Both the position numbers and the translations under genes were made by a program. A stretch of DNA of 64,000 nt from Candidatus Taylorbacteria bacterium RIFCSPLOWO2_01_FULL_48_100 (GTDB taxonomy: Bacteria; Patescibacteriota; Minisyncoccia; Phycocordibacterales; UBA10002). Location: positions 6,341-70,340 of the forward strand of contig MHSA01000012.1 in NCBI GenBank assembly GCA_001821135.1, read 5' to 3'. Under the pieces are notes generated by a model. It made no database searches. It was given only the letters and a program-made list of their open reading frames with translations, and had not been told where the DNA came from. Below are positions 19,175 through 28,142 of the stretch, piece by piece. How positions within the stretch are numbered: the first letter of the stretch is position 1; the number at the start of each line of letters is the position of its first letter.

Positions 19175-19624
19175 ATGGAGATCACCACAAACCAAATCAA
19201 AGCATTGCGCGCTCAAACTGGCGTCTCGGTGATGCAGTGTCGCAAGGCGCTTACGGAGGCGGGCGGAGATGCAGAAAAGGCGCTCCTCCTTCTCAAAAAG
19301 CGCGGCGCGGAGGCGGCGGCGAAAAAGTCGGGGCGGACGCTTGGCGCAGGCGCGGTTGCTTCTTATATCCACCCAGGCGCAACCGTTGGCGCGCTGGTAC
19401 TTCTTTCATCCGAAACGGATTTTGTATCACGCAATCCGGAGTTCCAGGTGCTCGCGCGCGACATCGCGATGCATGTCGCCGCTATGAATCCAGAAAAAGA
19501 TGCGCTGTTAGACCAGCCGTTTATCAAAACGCCGGACGAGACCATCCGCGCGCTCCTTGAGCGCGCCGTGCAAAAGTTCGGCGAGCGCATTGAGGTTGCC
19601 GACTTCACCAGATTTGCGGTGTAA
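19175..19624 (+). CDS. tsf: elongation factor Ts (short form, 149 aa)
   Basis: ITTNQIKALRAQTGVSVMQCRKAL UBA-like N-terminus. Synteny rpsB-tsf. Confidence 0.85.
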   Translation: MEITTNQIKALRAQTGVSVMQCRKALTEAGGDAEKALLLLKKRGAEAAAKKSGRTLGAGAVASYIHPGATVGALVLLSSETDFVSRNPEFQVLARDIAMHVAAMNPEKDALLDQPFIKTPDETIRALLERAVQKFGERIEVADFTRFAV

Positions 19625-19677
19625 CGAAGTGTATAAAGATAATTCTCCCACGCCTTAAAAGTTATTTCAAGTAAGAA

Positions 19678-20313
19678 ATGAAGACCTTTTTTGTCGATGA
19701 GTCAGGTGATTTGGGGACAAAGGAGAGATATTTCATAATCGCTCTACTTGCTCCTCAAAGAGTAAAGCGTATAACGAATTTCATGAGGAGATTCTGTGCG
19801 GAACATGCTATCCCAGAAGTAAAAGCAAGCCAGCTCTCATTTTCGCAGAAAACATTTATTCTAAATAGACTCTGTAGCGCAAACGATTATACCGTTTCGT
19901 ATATTGTTGCCGATAAAACTCATCTTCAGCCGCAACTCCTTGCAGACAAAAATCTCTGTTACAACTATCTGTTTTCGTTCTTGGTGAGCAAGACGATTCG
20001 GAGTATCAGAGAGGATATAACGATTCTGCTTGATAATCACTCAACAAAAGTTAAGTCAATCAACTCTCTCGCTGATTACATTAGGATAAAAGCAATCACC
20101 CAGTGGGGATATATTGACCGACTATATATTTCTTATGTAGATTCAAAAAATTCAAAAGTAGTGCAGGCGACAGATGTCATTGCGAACGCAATCTATGCAA
20201 AATATATCTATGGGAAGGAACACTTTTACAACATGCTGACTATCAGCGAGTCCGTTAAGTTTCCAGCAAACAGATTCGGCAGTATAGGAGTTCCTGTGGA
20301 TAAGTCCACTTGA
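19678..20313 (+). CDS. DUF3800 family protein
   Basis: N-terminal MKTFFVDESGD motif characteristic of DUF3800. AT-rich relative to neighbours. Confidence 0.5.
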   Translation: MKTFFVDESGDLGTKERYFIIALLAPQRVKRITNFMRRFCAEHAIPEVKASQLSFSQKTFILNRLCSANDYTVSYIVADKTHLQPQLLADKNLCYNYLFSFLVSKTIRSIREDITILLDNHSTKVKSINSLADYIRIKAITQWGYIDRLYISYVDSKNSKVVQATDVIANAIYAKYIYGKEHFYNMLTISESVKFPANRFGSIGVPVDKST

Positions 20314-20414
20314 CTTTTTGCTTATCACGACTATCATTAAGAGTGATATAAATCTTGCGCGGAGCTTACTGTAAGTAAGTGGCGTGTGCCGTCACCGAAG
20401 CACAAGTAATCTTG

Positions 20415-20444
20415 AAAAGCCCTGTGGGGCTTTTCTGCTTTTAA
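20415..20444 (+). terminator. rho-independent terminator
   Basis: aaaagccctgtggggcttttctgctttt. Confidence 0.55.
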
Positions 20445-20578
20445 GGATTGATTGTTTTGGCTTTTTCTGATATGGTCTTAGGAATGAAAGTCAAAAAAAT
20501 CGGAAAAAAGAATTTCGGAAAAGTTACGATAAGGAAGAATGTTTTTAATCTTCCCGCGTTTGCGTAGTTTTTTAAGAG

Positions 20579-20812
20579 ATGAAAAATCTATATAATATCT
20601 CAAAAGGACAGTTTATAACACTTTGGGTGTTCTCTGTACTTATATGGATTCGGATAATTAATCATTCATGTGCTTGGTACGCGTCTTGCTCACGATTTAA
20701 CTTTTCTGACGATACAGAGATTGCTGATTGGCTATCATTCATTATTCCTTTTCTTATTATTTTTTACACCATTGGTTGGATAAATCACAGAAAAGAGATT
20801 AAAGGTAAATAA
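20579..20812 (+). CDS. small hypothetical membrane protein
   Basis: AT-rich 77 aa ORF with two hydrophobic segments. Confidence 0.3.
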   Translation: MKNLYNISKGQFITLWVFSVLIWIRIINHSCAWYASCSRFNFSDDTEIADWLSFIIPFLIIFYTIGWINHRKEIKGK

Positions 20813-20833
20813 ATTATATTCCCCATAATTTTT

Positions 20834-21223
20834 ATGTTCCTCGCACTGACAATTTTTATTATTTCGCTTGCCGGACTTGCGGCGCTGTTTGCGTTTAAGA
20901 TTGCGGAAATAAGCGGCAAGGAGACGCTTCTTCAGTCGCTCTCGCATCGCGGCGACGAGCTCCTTTCGCGCGGTAGGAAGACGCTCGCGCGCAAGAGCAA
21001 AGAAGTACATCATATTCATATAAAGCCGGCACTCAAGAAAGCGGGGGAAGCGGCGCGCGAGGCGATTGCGTCCGGTTGCGAGTGGTGCATCCGAGAAATG
21101 CGCCAGGCGGCGCGGTTACTGCGCGGCAAAGAGCCGACCGCGCCGCCAGGCGGCTCGGTGTCGGTCTTCCTCAAACAAATGCTGGATTTTAAGAATGGAA
21201 AAAAGGATGAATTGGATAAATAA
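20834..21223 (+). CDS. hypothetical membrane-anchored protein
   Basis: N-terminal TM helix followed by a basic helical region. Confidence 0.4.
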   Translation: MFLALTIFIISLAGLAALFAFKIAEISGKETLLQSLSHRGDELLSRGRKTLARKSKEVHHIHIKPALKKAGEAAREAIASGCEWCIREMRQAARLLRGKEPTAPPGGSVSVFLKQMLDFKNGKKDELDK

Positions 21224-21283
21224 AAACATTCTCACATTCTTAAGAATACGAGAATGTTTTTAAGATACGATCGTATCTTAATG

Positions 21284-22147
21284 TCATACTAAATGAATCT
21301 CGCCCATACTTTCTGAAATAAAACCTTTTATTTCTAAAAGTGAGAGCACTGCGTTGGTCTTGCTAACGGGTAATTTCGCAGCGGCAATCAACGCGTCGCG
21401 CTCCATAGGAATCGTGAGGAGTTCTAGGATTTTTATTTCTTCCGCAGAGCAGTCGTCATAATTTTGTTTTTTACCTTCCGCATCGGGTTCTACTTTAAAC
21501 CCAAGCGCAATTAGCAACTCTTCATGTGTGCGCACGGGCGTTGCGCCGAGCCGCATCAAAAGGTGCGGACCTTCCGTCGCGCCGGAGAAAATTGAGCCCG
21601 GTACCGTGAGTACATCGCGATTGTATTCGCTTGCGAGCCGTGCGGTAATAAGAGTTCCAGACCTCTTTTCTGCTTCCACCACAAGCACTGAGTCTGATAG
21701 CCCCGCCATAATTCTGTTCCTTTGCGGGAAGCTATATAAGGTCGCGCGGAAATCTGGCGGAAATTCGGAGAGGAGAGCGCCGCCCGCGGCAACGATGTTG
21801 TCGGCGAGCGTTCGGTTCGCCACGGGGTGCATTATTTTCCGGCTCAGCCCCGAGCCAGGCACTGCAACACAAGAGAGTTTCGCTTCCAATGCGGCGCGGT
21901 GCGCAATGCAGTCAATGCCAAGCGCAAGGCCCGATACAATAACAACCGGGTGACCGTACAGCCCCGAAATGAGCTTCTCGCACGCCTCGCGCCCGTACTG
22001 TGAAAAGCGCCGCGAGCCGACCACGGCGAGCCATTTGTGTTTTTCGGGCGGAAGCACACCTTCCACCCACAGCTTTTCCGGCGGGTCGGGTATTTCGCGC
22101 AGCCGCCGCGGAAATTGCTCGGGCGACATTGTTCTTATGGACGACAT
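21284..22147 (-). CDS. dprA: DNA processing protein DprA (Smf)
   Basis: Rossmann-like DprA core (LAVVGSRRFSQYG...VIVSGLALGID...GTLITARLA). Confidence 0.9.
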   Translation of the reverse strand: MSSIRTMSPEQFPRRLREIPDPPEKLWVEGVLPPEKHKWLAVVGSRRFSQYGREACEKLISGLYGHPVVIVSGLALGIDCIAHRAALEAKLSCVAVPGSGLSRKIMHPVANRTLADNIVAAGGALLSEFPPDFRATLYSFPQRNRIMAGLSDSVLVVEAEKRSGTLITARLASEYNRDVLTVPGSIFSGATEGPHLLMRLGATPVRTHEELLIALGFKVEPDAEGKKQNYDDCSAEEIKILELLTIPMERDALIAAAKLPVSKTNAVLSLLEIKGFISESMGEIHLV

Positions 22148-22176
22148 TTCTTTATGGTATCATTATTCGTATCTCT

Positions 22177-23439
22177 ATGTTGGATATAAAATTCATTCGG
22201 GAAAACAAAGAACTCATCGCCGAGGCGGCGCGGAAGAAGCACATCGCGTTCAAGGTGGATGAGCTGATTACCGCAGACGATGAGCGCCGCGCGGTGCTTA
22301 AAATCGTTGAAGACAAACGCGCGGAGCAGAATCGCAAAAGCGAGCAGATTACGCGCGCGCACGACGACAATAAGCGCCAGGCGTTTGTGGAGGAGATGCG
22401 CGCGCTCAAAGTCGGTCTTCAAGAGGAGGAAGAACGGCTGAAAAAGACGACCCAAAAATGGCAGTCGCTAATGCTTCTAGTCCCAAATGTTCCAGATATT
22501 TCGGTGCCGGAAGGGGTTGGCGAGGAAGACAATAAAGAAATGCGGACATGGGGAGAAAAGCCGGAGTTCACATTTGAGCCAAAGAGCCATATTGAACTTA
22601 TGAAGGCGCTTGATATGGCGGATTTTGAACGCGGCGCGGCTGTGTCGGGCTTTCGCGGATATTTCTTGAAGAATGACGGTGCGCTTTTGTCGCTTGCACT
22701 ATGGCGGCTGTGTATGGATTTCTTTACAAAGAAAGATTTTTCGCCAATACTTGCGCCGTCCTTGGTTCGGCGCGAATCACTTCTCGGAACCGGGTATTTG
22801 CCTCAAGGAGAAGACGATTTATACAAAACGCAAGACGGCGACTATCTTGCAGGCACCGCGGAAGTGCCGGTTATGTCGTATTTTGCGGACACAATTTTGA
22901 GTGAGGAAGAATTGCCGAAAAAAATAATTGCGTTCTCTCCGTGTTTTCGGCGTGAGGCGGGGAGCCACGGAAAAGATACAAAAGGGCTGATGCGTGTGCA
23001 TGAGTTTTTCAAGTGCGAGCAAGTGGTGCTTTGCGAAGCGAGCCATCAGGCGTCTGTTGCTTTACACGAAGAGATAAATCGCAACGAGGAGGAATTTATG
23101 GAAACTCTCGGTATTCCCTATCGTACAGTTATCAACTGTGGCGCTGACCTTGGTCTTGGGCAAGTAAAAAAATACGACATTGAATTATGGGTGCCGTCGG
23201 AAAAACGGTATCGGGAAATAAGCTCCGCCTCATACTTCCATGATTTTCAGACACGACGGCTTAATATTCGCTACAAAAACAAAGATGATAAAGCACAATT
23301 TGCCCATTCACTGAATTGCACTGCCGCGCCAACGCCCCGTCTTTTGATTTCCATCCTTGAAAACAACCAGCGCGCGGACGGGAGCATTGCGGTTCCTAAA
23401 GTGCTGGTGCCGTATTTTGGAAAAGAAGAAATAAGATAA
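22177..23439 (+). CDS. serS: serine--tRNA ligase
   Basis: N-terminal coiled coil (MLDIKFIREN) and class II core motifs. Start taken at the internal Met. Confidence 0.9.
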   Translation: MLDIKFIRENKELIAEAARKKHIAFKVDELITADDERRAVLKIVEDKRAEQNRKSEQITRAHDDNKRQAFVEEMRALKVGLQEEEERLKKTTQKWQSLMLLVPNVPDISVPEGVGEEDNKEMRTWGEKPEFTFEPKSHIELMKALDMADFERGAAVSGFRGYFLKNDGALLSLALWRLCMDFFTKKDFSPILAPSLVRRESLLGTGYLPQGEDDLYKTQDGDYLAGTAEVPVMSYFADTILSEEELPKKIIAFSPCFRREAGSHGKDTKGLMRVHEFFKCEQVVLCEASHQASVALHEEINRNEEEFMETLGIPYRTVINCGADLGLGQVKKYDIELWVPSEKRYREISSASYFHDFQTRRLNIRYKNKDDKAQFAHSLNCTAAPTPRLLISILENNQRADGSIAVPKVLVPYFGKEEIR

Positions 23440-23441
23440 CA

Positions 23442-23632
23442 CTCGGAATGCTGCTTTTGCGGAACCGGAAAATTTCCCCTGCGAGGAAATTTTCCTTATC
23501 CGCTCGCCTCGCTCTTCCTCGCAGATTCGGAATCCATGCCCGCTCGGCTCCTCGCCCGCCCGTACCGAAACGGTACATTTCGGGCGGGCCGTTCCGCAAC
23601 CTGTCTGCCGACAGGCAGAAAGCACATTGCTT
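23442..23632. repeat. TIR-bounded structured element, copy 1 (long form with two extra nested hairpins)
   Basis: Shares ~110 nt at near identity with 43881-44015. Outer 20 bp stem ggaatgctgcttttgcggaac/gttccgcaa..agcacattgc. Begins 3 nt after the serS stop. Confidence 0.7.
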
Positions 23633-23800
23633 TCGTTATAAAAAACATATATCAATATAATCTGCGACCGCGTACTATATTGATATGCGAGCGTATTTCA
23701 GTATTTTGCAAAATACTTGTATGGATTAATTCGTGAGAATTAGAGAATATAAAAAATAAAAAAGCCGCCCTTACGAACGGCCTGTTTTTTCAGATGCGGC

Positions 23801-24388
23801 TTAATAACTTTCCGCTTTTTCTTTAAACTGTTCAAAGTTTTGATACAACTCTGTGCGGAATCCGAAAGCCGCCGCACCTTCTGTATTTTCAACATCATCG
23901 TCCCAAAAAACTACCGCTTCTTTTTTCATTCCGGTTTTTTCTAAGATGTATTGAAAGAATGCGGCATCAGGTTTTTTCGAGCTGACATAAGCCGAAGAAA
24001 ATACGCCATCAAACCAATTACTCAATCCTCGTTTTTCTACAAGATTATCGGTACGATACTTTTCGTTGTTGGTCGCAAGATAGATTTTCACCCCTTTTGC
24101 CCTCAACGCTTGAATGGTGGTCTTAAATCTCTTATCAATTGCGGTGTGTTTCTCTGAAAACCAACAATCTAGAAAAGCATCAACGCCGTCTTTCCACCCC
24201 CATTGTTTCAAGTATTTCCGGAGTTCTTTTTTCAGATCTAATTTTCCTACCACACAGAGTTGGAATTCGTTACGAAAGAATGGGCCAGTGACCTCAGTAG
24301 AAATTCCGTATTCGCGCGCAAGCCGATTACTGAACCGTTCGCCGTGAACAATCATCCCGTCTGCATCAAGAATAAGTGCCTTTGTCAT
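23801..24388 (-). CDS. HAD-superfamily hydrolase
   Basis: DxD motif I (LILDADGMIV) and a later DDD motif. Minus-strand terminator downstream. Confidence 0.75.
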   Translation of the reverse strand: MTKALILDADGMIVHGERFSNRLAREYGISTEVTGPFFRNEFQLCVVGKLDLKKELRKYLKQWGWKDGVDAFLDCWFSEKHTAIDKRFKTTIQALRAKGVKIYLATNNEKYRTDNLVEKRGLSNWFDGVFSSAYVSSKKPDAAFFQYILEKTGMKKEAVVFWDDDVENTEGAAAFGFRTELYQNFEQFKEKAESY

Positions 24389-24471
24389 ATCTTTTCTTTG
24401 TTATGTTTCTATCCAAAAAGTATACTACACGAAATAATAAAAATGTACAGAATGTGTATTATAATACCCAC

Positions 24472-25293
24472 ATGCCTCTACGCTCCGAATTTCGCGGGAT
24501 GCGCCGCAGCCGCCGCGCGCGGCGGCTGCGGCTTCTCGCATGGCGCGCGTTTTTCGGCGCATCCGCGCTTGCGCTCCTCTTTTTCGGCTTGTCGTGGTTT
24601 TCGTTTTACGCGCCTTTCCAAATTAAAAAAGTCGTCATTGTTGGAGTGAATAATTCCTCACGCGTAGAAGAACTTCGCGCCGAGGCGGAGGTTGCCCGTG
24701 CGTTTAGGGAAGAGGGCATACGCCTTTTTTCTCCGACAAACTTTTTGCTGTATCCGCGCGCCGCGCTCGCCGCCGCCGTCGCTTCGTCCTCTCCGCGCAT
24801 CGCGTCTGCCGCCGCCGCGCGCGGCGGCGGGATTGTGATTGTCGTCGTTTCCGAACGCGCGCCGTTCGCAGAATGGTGCTCATCTACAAGCGAATGTATT
24901 TTTATTGACGAAAACGGTTTTGGTTTTCCGAATGCGAAAGGAGACGCGCCCCCGATTTCAAATGTCGTTTTTGTTGGTGAAAGTCCGCGCGCCGGCGCGC
25001 GCTATCTTCTGCACGAGAAGTTTCTTTTGCTTCGCGACATTGTTTATTCCGCAGAGCGAATTGGTTTGATTGTTAAAAAAGTAAAGCAAGAAGAGGGGGA
25101 CGATTTTTCGTTGTCGCTTGCCGATAATGCAGAGGCGCGTTTTGTGTTATCTTTTGAAACCGCAAAAATATTTTTAGAACTCCCGACTATTCTCCAGGCC
25201 GCAAACCTAAAAATCTCAGGCGGCTCGGTATATCCCGCACTTCAATATCTTGATATGCGTTTCGGCGGCCAGGTAGTGTTTAAGAGGATATAA
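24472..25293 (+). CDS. FtsQ/DivIB-like cell division protein (TM + POTRA-like)
   Basis: Basic N-terminus, TM helix, then beta-rich extracellular domain. The assignment is weak. Confidence 0.45.
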   Translation: MPLRSEFRGMRRSRRARRLRLLAWRAFFGASALALLFFGLSWFSFYAPFQIKKVVIVGVNNSSRVEELRAEAEVARAFREEGIRLFSPTNFLLYPRAALAAAVASSSPRIASAAAARGGGIVIVVVSERAPFAEWCSSTSECIFIDENGFGFPNAKGDAPPISNVVFVGESPRAGARYLLHEKFLLLRDIVYSAERIGLIVKKVKQEEGDDFSLSLADNAEARFVLSFETAKIFLELPTILQAANLKISGGSVYPALQYLDMRFGGQVVFKRI

Positions 25294-25300
25294 ATTAAAC

Positions 25301-25336
25301 TAGACACACGATGTTGATGTGCTTCAAACATCTGGT
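25301..25336. repeat. hairpin family Y, copy 2 (reverse orientation)
   Basis: cacgatgttgatgtgcttcaaacatctggtg; reverse complement of the Y consensus. Confidence 0.55.
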
Positions 25337-25387
25337 GCCCCTGCAATTTATCATTAAGCCACGATCGTATCTTAATAATAAAACTAA

Positions 25388-25435
25388 TATACACTATCTC
25401 TGACGGTCGTTAGAGATAGTGTATTCAGTCATTTT
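25388..25435. repeat. hairpin family X, copy 1 (acactatctct...agagatagtgt + attttgc)
   Basis: Also present at 44097-44140. A related long-range inverted repeat (gttagagatag) lies at 14155-14290. Confidence 0.5.
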
Positions 25436-25518
25436 GCAAAATGTTTGTATAAGATATTGCAATAAAAAAGTCGCTTCGGTTTCCCAAAGCGACTTGTCTC
25501 GTCGTATGACGAGATGTT

Positions 25519-26538
25519 CTAGTTTCCCCTTGTTGATAGTTGCCGGACGCGCACGAGTTCTGTCGCTTTCGCGACAAACTCTGCGGCAATCTGGTGCTCC
25601 TCCTTAAACGGCTCTTCGCCTGTCATTGCCTTGCGGAGCAGTACACACGCTCCCGAGTACATCTCAAAGTTGATTGAGGTGTTCGCTTCAATAAGCACGC
25701 GGACGCGCTCTTTGCTGTCGCGGTTCGTCGCCTGCCAGATGAGGGACTTTTCGGCAAGGGACTTAATTCTCTGGCCGTCTGCGTCCTCTGCATCGCGGCG
25801 CACTTCTCCGAAGGTGCTCCCGACATACGACATCCATTCAAGGATATAAAGCGTCATTTCTTCTGTCGGAGTGATCGGGTGCAGGTCTTCTTCATTGAGC
25901 CACCGGTGCAAACTTGGTGCCAGAAAAGGCCGATTGCCGCATTTCTTGCAGACGGCGCTGTCAATGTTGAAGAGATACGCATTGAGCGAAATCTCCGCTC
26001 CGCAGAGGGAACATTTTCGGTCCCACATGAGCCCGTCAAAGTTCCATTTTCCGGTCGGACGGACGCCTTCGCCGGCGAGCATTTCCAGTTGCGTTGGCGT
26101 AGTGCCTTTCAGAAGGTCCCACTGGTCAATTCGTCCCATGTCCAGAAGATTTTCGCATTCGCAGTCTTCGTAGAATTCCCAGCGGATGCCACTCCCCATC
26201 CAACAGTTCGCGAGATTGTTTCCAATCAGAATGCACACTGCTTCAGGGCTGTTATGCGTAACCCCGATGACCCAAGTTCTCCGCGGCTCACGACCCCAGA
26301 GATACCGTACGCGCACTTTATTTTTGTCTCGCGTGCGCTCCGTGAAGTACGCGCGGTAATGCGATTGCCGTTCTGGCGCATGTTCATCCCGAAAAGAAAC
26401 CATGGCGGTTTCTGCATCCGGATACATTCCGTGGAGCATCAAACGATTTTCCACGATGCCCGCACCGGCAATAGGGTGCATCAGTACCGGAATAACCGGC
26501 AGTTTTTGCGTTGCAACTACTTGTTGTTCTGCTTTCAT
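25519..26538 (-). CDS. hypothetical Zn-ribbon protein, paralog of the upstream gene
   Basis: Shares with the 26535..27617 protein the motifs W-E-x-Y, GR-D-x-DL, KG-W-F-DG, C-x-L-C-G and C-x2-C-G. The two genes overlap by 4 nt. Confidence 0.6.
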   Translation of the reverse strand: MKAEQQVVATQKLPVIPVLMHPIAGAGIVENRLMLHGMYPDAETAMVSFRDEHAPERQSHYRAYFTERTRDKNKVRVRYLWGREPRRTWVIGVTHNSPEAVCILIGNNLANCWMGSGIRWEFYEDCECENLLDMGRIDQWDLLKGTTPTQLEMLAGEGVRPTGKWNFDGLMWDRKCSLCGAEISLNAYLFNIDSAVCKKCGNRPFLAPSLHRWLNEEDLHPITPTEEMTLYILEWMSYVGSTFGEVRRDAEDADGQRIKSLAEKSLIWQATNRDSKERVRVLIEANTSINFEMYSGACVLLRKAMTGEEPFKEEHQIAAEFVAKATELVRVRQLSTRGN

Positions 26539-27617
26539 TTTCTTTCCTTTCTTTCTGTTTTGTTGAGTTTTCGGTAATTCAAGATGAGTTCGTTAATGAG
26601 AATCGGCAATGTCTCCACCGCCACTCTCATATCCAAGTGCATTTGCTTGATTTTTGGATTGCCCGGATTCTTTTTCTGTTCTTCCAACCATAACGGCGAG
26701 AACTGTTCGCTGACGCGGACAATGGCTTTCACAAGCACTTCTCCGTGACCGTTGGTCGCTTTGCGTACACATGCGGTGAAGATATCCTCTAGTTCTGGCC
26801 GGACAATAAGCCGAAACAAACTTTGGTCGTACAAACTCTTAAAATTGTCAAAGCATCCGCCAAACCAGTCAAAGACGCTCTGAAAATTTAGATTGCACTC
26901 CAACTGTTCAATCGGCCAGAACGCAACGGAATTTGCAACGGGGTCTATGAAATGCTGGATTCCCGCTTCGCCACTCGGCGAAGGAGTCCAGTGTTCCGTG
27001 ATTCGTTGTCTCTTCCACCGCACTTGCGATATGAGTTCCATGATGATGTCGCGGCTTTTGCCGAGTGGGGTTTCCACTCCGCAACTTTCGCACGGCTTGC
27101 GCGAAACATATAGAACCGATGTTCGGTCAAATACGCCCCCGCACAGCGGACATCGGTGTGTTAGAAGAATCCCGTCAAAGTCCCAGTCGCCCTTTGGATA
27201 GACGCCGCGTTGTATGAGCGACTTTCGCTCATCTAACGAAACATCTCCTGCAAGGTCTTGGTAGTCAAACCGCCCTTGCTCGATTAGTTCCGAGAGAGCG
27301 AAATCGCGGTAGATTTCCCACCGCGCGATAGTTAACTTGCAACCGGATGCAAAGTTCCCGATAAGAACTTTGATTGCCGGAAGATCGTTAATCGTCATAC
27401 CAACGACAGCGTCTTCAAACTTGCGTTCGTGCCGAAGATTCTTAACCTGCCGTATGATTGCCCGCCCATTTTTTTCTTCTATCCAGAAGACCACGCGGTG
27501 AGGCAAATATTCCGAAGCAAATGTGTTTCGGAAAGATGAGAAAAGTTCTTTAGCGTATGCTTCACGATAACCGTCCTGAAATGCTTGATTTGCAATGGCT
27601 GGTAGTAATTCTGTCAT
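26535..27617 (-). CDS. hypothetical Zn-ribbon protein, paralog of the downstream gene
   Basis: See the previous entry. 360 aa. Divergently arranged relative to the membrane protein / Clp-like pair. Confidence 0.6.
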   Translation of the reverse strand: MTELLPAIANQAFQDGYREAYAKELFSSFRNTFASEYLPHRVVFWIEEKNGRAIIRQVKNLRHERKFEDAVVGMTINDLPAIKVLIGNFASGCKLTIARWEIYRDFALSELIEQGRFDYQDLAGDVSLDERKSLIQRGVYPKGDWDFDGILLTHRCPLCGGVFDRTSVLYVSRKPCESCGVETPLGKSRDIIMELISQVRWKRQRITEHWTPSPSGEAGIQHFIDPVANSVAFWPIEQLECNLNFQSVFDWFGGCFDNFKSLYDQSLFRLIVRPELEDIFTACVRKATNGHGEVLVKAIVRVSEQFSPLWLEEQKKNPGNPKIKQMHLDMRVAVETLPILINELILNYRKLNKTERKERK

Positions 27618-27716
27618 TTTTCTCCTTTTTTAAGGTTGAGTTTTAACTATTTTCAAGGTGTCTAGTCATAGAATACACGAAACAAACTCAGTGTCAAGGT
27701 CTTAAAGAAACACTCG

Positions 27717-28142
27717 GTGTATGCATTTGAGGAACCGGATTTCTTTGTGCGTGATATAATGTTCAGTATGAATCTTATCGCGTTTTTTCCGCAGTATTTT
27801 GTGTGGCATTATACTGTCGCGCTCATGGATTTTGCGCGCACTGTGTCTAATTTCTTTTGGTTTCTTTGGAACTTTTTTTCCATAGAGCTCCTCGCGCGCT
27901 CGTTTTTCGTGCCGTGGAAGCGGCTCGGTGAGGAGCAAGGGTCGTTCGTCGGGCGCGCGATTGTCGGCGCGGCTATGCGCGCCATCGGCATCATTGCGCG
28001 GCTCGCGCTGTTCGCGCTCGCCGCGCTTTCTTTCGTAGTAACCTTCTTTGCGTTGATTTTCGCGCTCGCGTTGTGGCTCGTTCTGCCGTTAGTAATTGCG
28101 TTTTTGCTTTTTATCGGTATTCGCTCGCTTTTTTCAATATGA
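27717..28142 (+). CDS. hypothetical polytopic membrane protein
   Basis: Four hydrophobic helices. Its stop codon overlaps the start of the next gene (ATGA). Confidence 0.5.
   Translation: MYAFEEPDFFVRDIMFSMNLIAFFPQYFVWHYTVALMDFARTVSNFFWFLWNFFSIELLARSFFVPWKRLGEEQGSFVGRAIVGAAMRAIGIIARLALFALAALSFVVTFFALIFALALWLVLPLVIAFLLFIGIRSLFSI

Noticed and set aside
23308-23655. Minus-strand ORFs 23308-23655 and 43793-44197 with near-identical translations (ERAWIPxLRGRARRADKExFLAGEIFRF)
   Set aside because: Both lie entirely within the two copies of the structured repeat element. The identical peptides reflect nucleotide repeat identity rather than a gene.
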